Source of the DNA: Spirochaetia bacterium
GTDB taxonomy: Bacteria; Spirochaetota; Spirochaetia; SZUA-6; Bin103
DNA length: 64,000 bases
NCBI GenBank assembly: GCA_965203055.1
Contig: OZ241863.1
Span: 3,034,545-3,098,544, forward strand
Direction: 5' to 3'
Within the stretch, counting starts at the first letter, position 1. Each line of letters opens with the position of its first letter. Position numbers and translations under genes: made by a program. Below are positions 56,951 through 64,000 of the stretch, piece after piece. A model generated the notes under the pieces. That model saw only the letters and a list, made by a program, of their open reading frames with translations. It was not told the DNA's origin and searched no databases.

Positions 56951-57220
56951 GTGGTCATTACCATAGATCGCGACGGGCGCGTCGTAGTGCCGAAGCAGTT
57001 CCGTGACCGCTTCAACTTGGTTGCTGGTACGCAGTTGGAGATCGAAGCCGCAGGTGACGGGCTGAAGCTTCGTAAGGTCGTAAGCGAGCCGACGCTGGTT
57101 CGGAAGAAAGGGTTCCTGGTGCATCACGGCACTGCTCGTCCCGACATCGATATCGTCGAGTTCATCCGTGCCGAGCGCGACGCCCGCAGCCGTCATATTG
57201 CCACGGACACCACGGATTGA
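56951..57220 (+). CDS. AbrB/MazE/SpoVT-family antitoxin-like DNA-binding protein
   Basis: The N-terminus (V)ITIDRDGRVVVPKQFRDRFNLVAGTQLEIE is the swapped-hairpin AbrB signature. GTG start. An upstream TTGACT and three ACCATA/ATACCAT repeats suggest an autoregulated promoter. Confidence 0.65.
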   Translation: MVITIDRDGRVVVPKQFRDRFNLVAGTQLEIEAAGDGLKLRKVVSEPTLVRKKGFLVHHGTARPDIDIVEFIRAERDARSRHIATDTTD

Positions 57221-57288
57221 TGCGCAAGCCGCAGCCAGCGCTACCGGCCGGCCGCCGCTACCTGAGACGAATGGAGGAGACGCCGTAG

Positions 57289-59247
57289 ATGGCGAAGATC
57301 GACGTCACCCGGACCGAGCTGGTCTGGCCGGGCAAGTACAACGAAGACGGCACGCTCAATGAAGCGCCGCGCGTCAACCTGCCGTTCCAGGTCATCGAGA
57401 CCGTCAACGAGAGCCGCGCCACCCGCGAGGCGCGCAAGACGAAGGGCATGTCATTATTCGACGTGTACGAGGGCACCGAAGGCGATACCTTCGAGGAGGG
57501 TTGGCGGAACAAGCTGATCTGGGGCGACAATCTGCTGGTGATGGGCTCGCTCCTGGAGAAGTTCGCCGGAAAGATCGATCTGATCTACATCGACCCACCA
57601 TTCGCGACCGGAGCAGACTTCTCATTTACGGCGCCAATAGGAGAGTCCGGGGAAGAAGTGTTCAAGGCGCAATCTGCCATTGAGGAGAAAGCATATCGTG
57701 ATACATGGGGAAGTGGGCATTCATCTTATGTTTCCATGCTCCATGATCGCTTGATGCTTATACGAGAACTCCTTTCAAGTACCGGCAGCGTATATGTACA
57801 CATTGATCCCCGGGTAGACTATCTTGTCAGAGGTATTCTCGATGACGTATTCGGTCAAGAGTCATTTCGTAACGTCATTGTCTGGAAGCGAGACGTTGCA
57901 GGTAAAGGAGCCAAGAGAACCAGCAGTCAATGGCCACGAAATGCAGACACAATAATTTGGTATGGTAGGTCTCCGGCATCGTGGACGTTCGAACAACAGT
58001 ATGCGCAGTTGAGCGATGATCAGAAGAAACCATATCGATACCACGATTCGAACGGCCGTCGGTATAAGGCAGTTCAACTCGGTGACTACTCCGAAAGATC
58101 AATTGCAATTATGGTTCAGAAAGGGATGATTCATACTTCCTCCACTGGTAAGATGTATAAGAAATACTACTTGGATGAAGCTCGCTCGACAATCGACTGT
58201 ATTTGGACCGATATTCTTGGTTTTGGAACAAAGACCGCCTCGCACGAGATTCAAGGATTCCCTACTCAGAAGCCTGAGATGCTACTTGAACGTATTGTCG
58301 CTGCGTCATCCAAGAAGGGGGACCTCGTAGCCGACTTCTTCTGTGGTTCGGGAACTACCCTTGCCGTGGCCGAGAAGCTCGGGCGCCGCTGGATCGGCTG
58401 CGACCTGGGCCGCTGGGGAATACACGTCACCCGCAAGCGGCTACTTGGTATCGAAGACTGCAAGCCGTTCGAAATTCTGAATCTCGGCAAGTATGAACGG
58501 CAGTACTGGCAGGGCGCGACCTTCAGCGAACAAGGCTCCGAGCAGGCGCTCTACGAGTACCTCGCGTTCATCCTCAAGCTGTACGGCGCGCAACCGGTCG
58601 CCGGCATGGCGCACGTGCACGGCAAGAAGCATCGGGCCATGGTCCACGTCGGCGCGGTGGATGCGCCGGTGACTATCGACGAGATCGAACAGGCGGTCAA
58701 CGAATGCCAGCGGCTCCGCCAGAACGAGCTGCACGTGCTAGGTTGGGAGTGGGAGATGGGGCTGGCTGGCCCCAACAACGACCTGCGCAAGGGCGGATTG
58801 ATGCACGAATCGGCCAAGGCGCGCGGCGTCAAGCTCATCCTGCTGCAGATACCGCGCGAGGTGATGGAGCAGCAGGTGCGCGACGAGAACGACGTGCGCT
58901 TCTTCGAGCTGGCGTACCTGGAAGCGGCGGTCGAGACTCCGGATACGCTGACCGCGCAGGTGCGGCTCGAGGACTTCGTCATTCCCAACGACGAGCTGAT
59001 CCCGGACGAGGTGCGCGGCAAGGTCCGGCAGTGGTCCGATTACATCGACTACTGGGCGGTGGATTGGGACTTCCGCAACGACACCTTCATGCAGGGCTGG
59101 GTAACCTACCGCACGCGCAAGGAGCGCAGTCTGCCGCTCGCCTCCGATCCGCACCGCTACGAATCTCCCGGCACCTATCAGGTGCTGATCAAGGTAATCG
59201 ACATCTTCGGCAACGACACGTCGCAATGCTACCCGGTGACGGTATGA
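57289..59247 (+). CDS. mod: type III RM Mod subunit #2 (DNA methyltransferase) with a low-GC central target-recognition region
   Basis: Motif IV IDPPFATGADF, motif I FFCGSGTTLAVAEKLGRRWIGCDL. The N-terminus is homologous to Mod #1. 57660-58340 is about 45% GC while the flanks are about 68% GC. Confidence 0.85.
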   Translation: MAKIDVTRTELVWPGKYNEDGTLNEAPRVNLPFQVIETVNESRATREARKTKGMSLFDVYEGTEGDTFEEGWRNKLIWGDNLLVMGSLLEKFAGKIDLIYIDPPFATGADFSFTAPIGESGEEVFKAQSAIEEKAYRDTWGSGHSSYVSMLHDRLMLIRELLSSTGSVYVHIDPRVDYLVRGILDDVFGQESFRNVIVWKRDVAGKGAKRTSSQWPRNADTIIWYGRSPASWTFEQQYAQLSDDQKKPYRYHDSNGRRYKAVQLGDYSERSIAIMVQKGMIHTSSTGKMYKKYYLDEARSTIDCIWTDILGFGTKTASHEIQGFPTQKPEMLLERIVAASSKKGDLVADFFCGSGTTLAVAEKLGRRWIGCDLGRWGIHVTRKRLLGIEDCKPFEILNLGKYERQYWQGATFSEQGSEQALYEYLAFILKLYGAQPVAGMAHVHGKKHRAMVHVGAVDAPVTIDEIEQAVNECQRLRQNELHVLGWEWEMGLAGPNNDLRKGGLMHESAKARGVKLILLQIPREVMEQQVRDENDVRFFELAYLEAAVETPDTLTAQVRLEDFVIPNDELIPDEVRGKVRQWSDYIDYWAVDWDFRNDTFMQGWVTYRTRKERSLPLASDPHRYESPGTYQVLIKVIDIFGNDTSQCYPVTV

Positions 59248-59583
59248 ACGAGCTGCACCTTACGCCCGAGGAGAGCGCATGGTTGCGCGCATATCGGAGT
59301 CTGATACGTCGGCGGTACCCGGAAACGGTGGCGCGAATGCTCGTCTATGGTTCCAAGGCGCGCGGCGACGCCCACGCCGACAGCGACCTGGACGTTCTCA
59401 TCATCGTCCGGAACGACGCCGCCGACGAAGCGGGAGCTGCGCGGAATCGGCTACGATCTGGCGGCAACCTCCCACGCGGTGCCGTCGATCCTGGCGTATT
59501 CGCTGAAGGAATGGCAGGAACGGAGCGCACGGGGGTACCCGTTCCAACGCGCGGTCGAGCGCGACGGCGTGTCCGTCCTGTGA
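59244..59583 (+). pseudogene. MNT-type nucleotidyltransferase #2 between mod and res, carrying a +1 frameshift near 59425
   Basis: Frame A reads MNELHLTPEESAWLRAYRSLIRRRYPETVARMLVYGSKARGDAHADSDLDVLIIVRND. Frame B continues RELRGIGYDLAATSHAVPSILAYSLKEWQERSARGYPFQRAVERDGVSVL*. The ATG overlaps the mod stop (ATGA), and the res ATG lies 10 nt after frame B's stop. Confidence 0.65.
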
Positions 59584-59592
59584 AATCGGACG

Positions 59593-62364
59593 ATGGCTGA
59601 GTCGGTCGTTTCTTACGACCGGGACCTGCCGCAGATTGCCGGCCGTCTGCCGTGGGAGGCGCCGTGCTCCTGCCTGGTGAAGGACGACGCGGCGCGCACC
59701 GGCTGGCGCGAGGATCGTTCCGGGCGGCGCCCGAGCCAACTGCTGCTGGTGCCGAAGATTCGCGACGCGGTGGACTCATGGCGCGCGGCCGGGTACGACG
59801 GCGCGTCCGGCGTGACCAAGCGGCTGTTCGCGTACTGGTTCGAGGAGGATCACGAAGTCTCAGGCTTCGACGCGCCGTTCCGGTACTATTTCTGCCAGCG
59901 CGAGGCGATCGAGACACTGGCGTGGCTGGTGGAAATCGCCGGCAGGCGCGACGCGCTCGCGTTGATCCGGGACTACGGGACGATCTCCGTCACCGATCGG
60001 TTTCAGACCGCGATGGACGGCCGGCGGCAGCTTCGCCGTTATGTCCCGGAACTGGATAAGGACGTCGAGCAGGAGCTGCCGCCGGAGAACTTGCGCCGCT
60101 ACGCCCTCAAGCTGGCGACCGGCGCCGGCAAGACCTGGGTGATGGCGATGGCGGTCGTGTGGTCGCGCTTCCACCGGCTGCGCGTGGCAGACTCCGAACT
60201 CTCCACCAACTTCCTCATCGTCGCCCCCAACGTGATCGTCTATCAGCGGCTCGAAAGGGACTTCGCCAACAACAATATCTTCCACCGGTTGCCGCTGATC
60301 CCGCCGGAGTGGAAGGGCAGCTTCACCCAGAAAGTGATCCTGCGCGGCGAGGCCGCCGAACCCGCTCCGTCCGGGAATCTGTTTCTCACCAACATCCAGC
60401 AACTCTACGAGTCGCGCGACGATACCTGGACTCCCGCGAACCCCGTCGAGGCGCTATTGGGAGAGAAACCGGCGCAGGATCTCGCGGGGTCCGCCGGGCG
60501 TTCCATGCTGGAACGGGTCAAGTCGCTCCCCGATCTGGTGGTGATGAACGATGAGGCGCACCACGTGCACGACGAGGACCTGGCGTGGAGCAGGTCGCTG
60601 CTCGGCGTTCACGGTGGGCTGCCGCAGGGGGTCGGCGCCTGGCTCGACTTCTCGGCCACGCCCAAGGACCGGAACGGCATGTACTTCCCGTGGACGGTGT
60701 GCGACTACCCGCTGGCGCAGGCGGTGGAGGACCGGATCGTCAAGGCGCCGATCATCGTCACCAACGAGGACGACGCCGGGCAGCCGGCGCAAGACCCGGA
60801 GGGGGTGACGAAGGACAATGTCGCCGCCAAGTACGGCTACTGGCTGCAAGCCGCGGTACGGCGCTGGCAGGAGCACCGCGCCGCGTACGGCCCGCTCGGC
60901 ATCAAACCGGTGCTCTTCATCATGGCGGAGAAGAACGTCTACGCCGACGCGTTGGGCGAGTATCTCGTCACGACCGCAGGATTCAAGACGTCAGAGGTAC
61001 TGGTGATCCACACCGACACCACCGGCGAGGTGCGGAAGGGAGACCTGGAAAAGGCGCGGCAGGCGGCGCGCGACATCGACCGCCGCGGCAGCCGGATCAA
61101 GGCGATCGTGAGCGTGATGATGCTGCGCGAGGGCTGGGACGTGCGCAACGTGACGGTCGTGCTGGGGCTGCGGCCGTTCACCGCCAAGGCGGAGATCCTG
61201 CCGGAGCAGGTGATCGGGCGCGGGCTGCGGCTCATGACGCAGGTGAGCCCGGACCGCACGCAGACGCTGGAGGTGCTCGGCACGCGCAATCTGCTCAACG
61301 TGCTGCGCGAGCAACTGGAAGCCGAGGGAGTCGGCGTGGCCAGCACGGCGCAGGGTCCGCCGCCGCCGGTGACCATCGCACCGGTGCGGGAGCGGCTGGC
61401 GCACGACATCGCGATCCCCCTCACCAAGCCGAGTCTGACGCATGACTCCCGCAAGCTGTCGGAGCTCGACGTGCAGTCGCTCATTCCGATCTACGAATCG
61501 AACGATCTGGCGGAACCGGTGCGAATCACGATGCGGATGGAGTTCGCGACCACGGAGACCGAAGTCCATCAGGCGGCCTTGGCGCCGGAGGGGAGTCCGG
61601 CGCGGGAGCTCCTGGCCGGCATCGCCGGCGAGGTGAGCAAGCGGACCGGGCTCACCAACCGGTTCGCCGAGCTCTACCCGATCGTGCGGCGGTACGTGGC
61701 GGAGCGCTGCTTCGGCGGGCCGGTCGACGTGGAGGATTCCGGGATTCGATCGCACCTGACGCGGCTGGAACTGCGCGAAGGAATCGCCCGCTATCTGGCC
61801 GGGGCGATCGGCGAGCTCACCGTCGAACGCCGCTCGCTGCAGTTCGAGCGCACCGACTTCCGGCTGTCCGCTACCAGACCGTTCAGTTGGCGGCGCAATC
61901 TGCCGCCCCTCGAAGCCGACAAGACCGTGTTCAACTACGTGGCGACCTACAACGAGTTCGAGCGCAGCTTCGCCGAGTTCCTGGACCGCGCGGCCGACGT
62001 GCCGCGCTTCGCCGCGCTGGGCACCACCGATCAGGGCAGCTCCGGCACCGCGTTCCGCGTCGACTACCTGAAGGCGAGCGGCGCCATCGGCTTCTACTAT
62101 CCCGACTGGGTAGCCGTCCAGCAAACCGAAGACGGCGCCGAAGACGGCGAGGTGCACTGGATCATCGAAACCAAGGGCCGCGTCTGGGAAGGCACCGACC
62201 GGAAGGACGCCGCAATGCGCGAGTGGTGCCGGCGCGTGCACGACGCCGCCGGCATCGTCTGGCGCTACCTGCGCGTCAACCAAGCCGAGTTCCGCAAGCT
62301 CCCGCCCGACTCCCCGACCCTCAAGGCCCTGATCGCGCAACTCTCCGACGACGCCCTGTCTTGA
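59593..62364 (+). CDS. res: type III restriction endonuclease Res subunit #2
   Basis: LATGAGKT (Walker A), VMNDEAHH (DEAH box), C-terminal PD-(D/E)xK-like VHWIIETKG. 923 aa. Confidence 0.85.
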   Translation: MAESVVSYDRDLPQIAGRLPWEAPCSCLVKDDAARTGWREDRSGRRPSQLLLVPKIRDAVDSWRAAGYDGASGVTKRLFAYWFEEDHEVSGFDAPFRYYFCQREAIETLAWLVEIAGRRDALALIRDYGTISVTDRFQTAMDGRRQLRRYVPELDKDVEQELPPENLRRYALKLATGAGKTWVMAMAVVWSRFHRLRVADSELSTNFLIVAPNVIVYQRLERDFANNNIFHRLPLIPPEWKGSFTQKVILRGEAAEPAPSGNLFLTNIQQLYESRDDTWTPANPVEALLGEKPAQDLAGSAGRSMLERVKSLPDLVVMNDEAHHVHDEDLAWSRSLLGVHGGLPQGVGAWLDFSATPKDRNGMYFPWTVCDYPLAQAVEDRIVKAPIIVTNEDDAGQPAQDPEGVTKDNVAAKYGYWLQAAVRRWQEHRAAYGPLGIKPVLFIMAEKNVYADALGEYLVTTAGFKTSEVLVIHTDTTGEVRKGDLEKARQAARDIDRRGSRIKAIVSVMMLREGWDVRNVTVVLGLRPFTAKAEILPEQVIGRGLRLMTQVSPDRTQTLEVLGTRNLLNVLREQLEAEGVGVASTAQGPPPPVTIAPVRERLAHDIAIPLTKPSLTHDSRKLSELDVQSLIPIYESNDLAEPVRITMRMEFATTETEVHQAALAPEGSPARELLAGIAGEVSKRTGLTNRFAELYPIVRRYVAERCFGGPVDVEDSGIRSHLTRLELREGIARYLAGAIGELTVERRSLQFERTDFRLSATRPFSWRRNLPPLEADKTVFNYVATYNEFERSFAEFLDRAADVPRFAALGTTDQGSSGTAFRVDYLKASGAIGFYYPDWVAVQQTEDGAEDGEVHWIIETKGRVWEGTDRKDAAMREWCRRVHDAAGIVWRYLRVNQAEFRKLPPDSPTLKALIAQLSDDALS

Positions 62365-62420
62365 CGCGGACCGCTACCCGCCGAGTGGAGAAGATGGAGT
62401 CCTTGCCTTGCTTGGCGCTG

Positions 62421-63581
62421 TCACGGGCCGGCCGGGGCGGTTGCGAGGAAGTTGATGAAGCCGTCGAGGTCGCATACTACTTGGTGGTCGCGGGCCAGCC
62501 ACGGGCTGCGCCGGCAGATCAGGAACCGCCGGCTGGCGGCGATCAGGTCGGCGGCGGCGTTGAGGCGCTTCAGGTCGTCGAGTCCGGGGCGGGTGGTCAG
62601 CTTGACTTCGAGCGCCCACAGTTCCGTGCCGACGCGCAGCACCAAGTCGATTTCGCGCTGGTCGCTGGTGCGGAACGAGAATGCCTCGAACGGTCGTCCG
62701 GCGTGCCGCAAGGCCGTGAACACCTGGTCGATGACGAACCCCTCCCAACTGGCCCCGACCCACGGCTGATTCAGCAGCTCGCCGGCGCTGGCGCCAAGCA
62801 GCGCGTGCAGCAGCCCGCTGTCGCGCCAGTAGACGCGCGGGCGCTTGACGATGCGCTTGCGGATGTTGGCGTGGAACGGGAGCAGGCGGCGGATCAGGAA
62901 CGCGCCTTCGAGGTAGTCCAGGTAGCTGTTGACCGTGTGGTAGGAGAGGGCCAAGCTCTTGCCGATCTGGGTGGCGTTCCACTCCTGGCCGTTGGTCGCC
63001 GCCAGCATCTGCAGCAGGCGCCGCGTGGTCGGCGCGCGGGCGGGCAGCCCCCAGTTCGGCAGGTCGCGCTGCATCAGCAGGTCCAGGTAATCGTGCTGCC
63101 ACTGGGGAAAGCCGCGCCCGGTCAGCACGCCGCCGTCCGCATACCCGCCGCAGAGCCACAGCCGTTCCCGCTGCCCGGGAGCGGCCAGTTCCGACCATGA
63201 CAACGGCGCCAGTTCCACCACCGAGAGTCGGCCGGCCAGCGACTCCGAGACCTGGGTCATGAGCGCCGGCGAGACCGATCCCAGCAGCAGGAACCGCCCC
63301 ATGCGCCGGCGGTCGTCGTCGATGGCGCCGCGCAGGCGCGGAAACACCTCCGGCCACGCCTGCGCCTCGTCCAGCACGATCAGTTCGCGTCCGCTGACCA
63401 CCGTGTCCCACGTCAGGTCCAGGCGCAGCCGGTCGCTCTCCTGCTCCAGGTCGAAGTAGACGCCGCCGAGCGACCGGGCCAACGTAGTCTTGCCGCACTG
63501 GCGCGGCCCCACCAGCGCCGCCGCCGGATAGTTGCGGAGCCGCGCGAGCAGCACCGGCGTCAGGCCCCGTTCCACCATCAC
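62421..63581 (-). CDS. AAA ATPase with DUF4143 domain (second copy of this family)
   Basis: Walker A GPRQCGKTTLA and Walker B LIVLDEAQ. Confidence 0.75.
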   Translation of the reverse strand: MMVERGLTPVLLARLRNYPAAALVGPRQCGKTTLARSLGGVYFDLEQESDRLRLDLTWDTVVSGRELIVLDEAQAWPEVFPRLRGAIDDDRRRMGRFLLLGSVSPALMTQVSESLAGRLSVVELAPLSWSELAAPGQRERLWLCGGYADGGVLTGRGFPQWQHDYLDLLMQRDLPNWGLPARAPTTRRLLQMLAATNGQEWNATQIGKSLALSYHTVNSYLDYLEGAFLIRRLLPFHANIRKRIVKRPRVYWRDSGLLHALLGASAGELLNQPWVGASWEGFVIDQVFTALRHAGRPFEAFSFRTSDQREIDLVLRVGTELWALEVKLTTRPGLDDLKRLNAAADLIAASRRFLICRRSPWLARDHQVVCDLDGFINFLATAPAGP

Positions 63582-63604
63582 TACGACATTTTAGAAATCG
63601 ATTT

Positions 63605-63889
63605 CTATTTTGCAAGATTGGGGGCGCGGAGCTGGTGCAGCCGGTAGTCCTTCTCGATGCCGAGCCAGATTTTGGCATCGACGCCGAGCACCATCTCGAA
63701 CTGGAGGGCGGTCTTTGGCTCGATCGGGGCCTTCCCGGCGATGATCTCGCTGATGAGCTTCGCGGACCGGCCGCACCGACGTGCGAACTCGGCTTGAGAG
63801 ACGCCGTGCGCCTCCAGGCGTTCCTCCAGCACCAGCCCGGGCGGAACCGCATAGTCAGGCCGGTACTCATTGATCGCTGCCGTCGCCAT
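63605..63889 (-). CDS. higA: HigA-family HTH (XRE) antitoxin
   Basis: GVSQAEFARRCGRSAKLISEIIAGKAPIEPKTALQFEMVLGVDAKIWLGIEKDYRL matches the HigA antidote family. GGAGGA RBS upstream. Confidence 0.7.
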   Translation of the reverse strand: MATAAINEYRPDYAVPPGLVLEERLEAHGVSQAEFARRCGRSAKLISEIIAGKAPIEPKTALQFEMVLGVDAKIWLGIEKDYRLHQLRAPNLAK

Positions 63890-63892
63890 GTC

Positions 63893-64000
63893 CTCCTCTA
63901 TCCCGGACCGTGGCCAGGATAGCTGAGAATGGCTGTTCCGGGTCGAGGGCGCGCAGGAACGGGGCGCATGGCAGGCACAGCACGCCGTGTTCGCGGAGCC
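63893..64000 (-). CDS. possible HigB/RelE-like toxin, 3' end only (5' end beyond the window)
   Basis: An open frame ends with TAG at about 63896, immediately before the HigA RBS. Only about 35 codons are visible, so no family motif can be confirmed. Confidence 0.25.

Noticed and set aside
62374-63870. 498 aa minus-strand ORF
   Set aside because: Out-of-frame overlap of the AAA/DUF4143 gene (62421-63581) and HigA. The Arg/Pro-rich composition marks it as an artefact.
1-64000. Searched for CRISPR arrays, tRNA/rRNA genes and intact IS transposases
   Set aside because: No regularly spaced short repeats with unique spacers were seen. No rRNA-like segments and no clover-leaf tRNA-like sequence or tRNA-adjacent integrase were recognised by eye. 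The only transposase-like sequences are the truncated Rpn fragments. A tRNAscan/Infernal run could still reveal small RNAs I cannot see.

Overview
This is high-GC (about 68-70%) bacterial chromosomal DNA. Most of the window is accessory, island-like sequence.

Gene content, left to right:
- Window start to 5.2 kb: a 3'-truncated Fe/Mn superoxide dismutase, a DsbA-like thiol oxidoreductase, and a SWIM zinc-finger protein paired with a SNF2 helicase.
- 5.2-7.1 kb: a secreted BNR/Asp-box repeat protein.
- 7.2-14.8 kb, a defense island: an overlapping two-gene module of an AAA_21-type ATPase and a DUF4276 protein, then type III restriction-modification system #1 laid out as mod, a small MNT-type nucleotidyltransferase, and res.
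- 14.8-24.2 kb: two about 95% identical direct repeats bracket a peptide ABC transporter / glycoside-hydrolase-like cassette. Each repeat is a C-terminal remnant of an Rpn-family (YhgA-like) nuclease or putative transposase.
- 24.3-31.4 kb: Fic, an orphan BrnA-like antitoxin, an AAA/DUF4143 ATPase, an ankyrin-repeat protein, a DUF4389 membrane protein, a 2-hydroxyacid dehydrogenase and a PhyH dioxygenase.
- 31.4-37.1 kb, a repeat-rich patch:
  - two copies of a DUF222/HNH endonuclease element, one truncated and one frameshifted;
  - a VapBC pair;
  - a tandem-repeat lipoprotein with a G10 homopolymer at the signal-peptide/mature-protein junction, a candidate phase-variation switch;
  - an AT-rich 69-codon orphan ORF.
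- 37.2-53.1 kb: a carbohydrate/peptide uptake locus with two CUT1-type sugar ABC systems, one peptide ABC system and glycoside-hydrolase-like enzymes.
- 53.1-62.4 kb, a second island: RadC, a coiled-coil hypothetical, an AlbA_2/HATPase_c_4 protein, an approximately 1 kb insertion carrying an AbrB-family antitoxin, then type III RM system #2 with the same mod-nucleotidyltransferase-res order. Its Mod has a low-GC recognition domain.
- 62.4-64.0 kb: a second AAA/DUF4143 ATPase, and a HigA antitoxin with a possible HigB at the edge.

No rRNA, tRNA or CRISPR array was recognised.

Several apparent frameshifts (HNH copy, nucleotidyltransferase #2, lipoprotein) may be real pseudogenisation or phase variation, or they may be sequencing errors.
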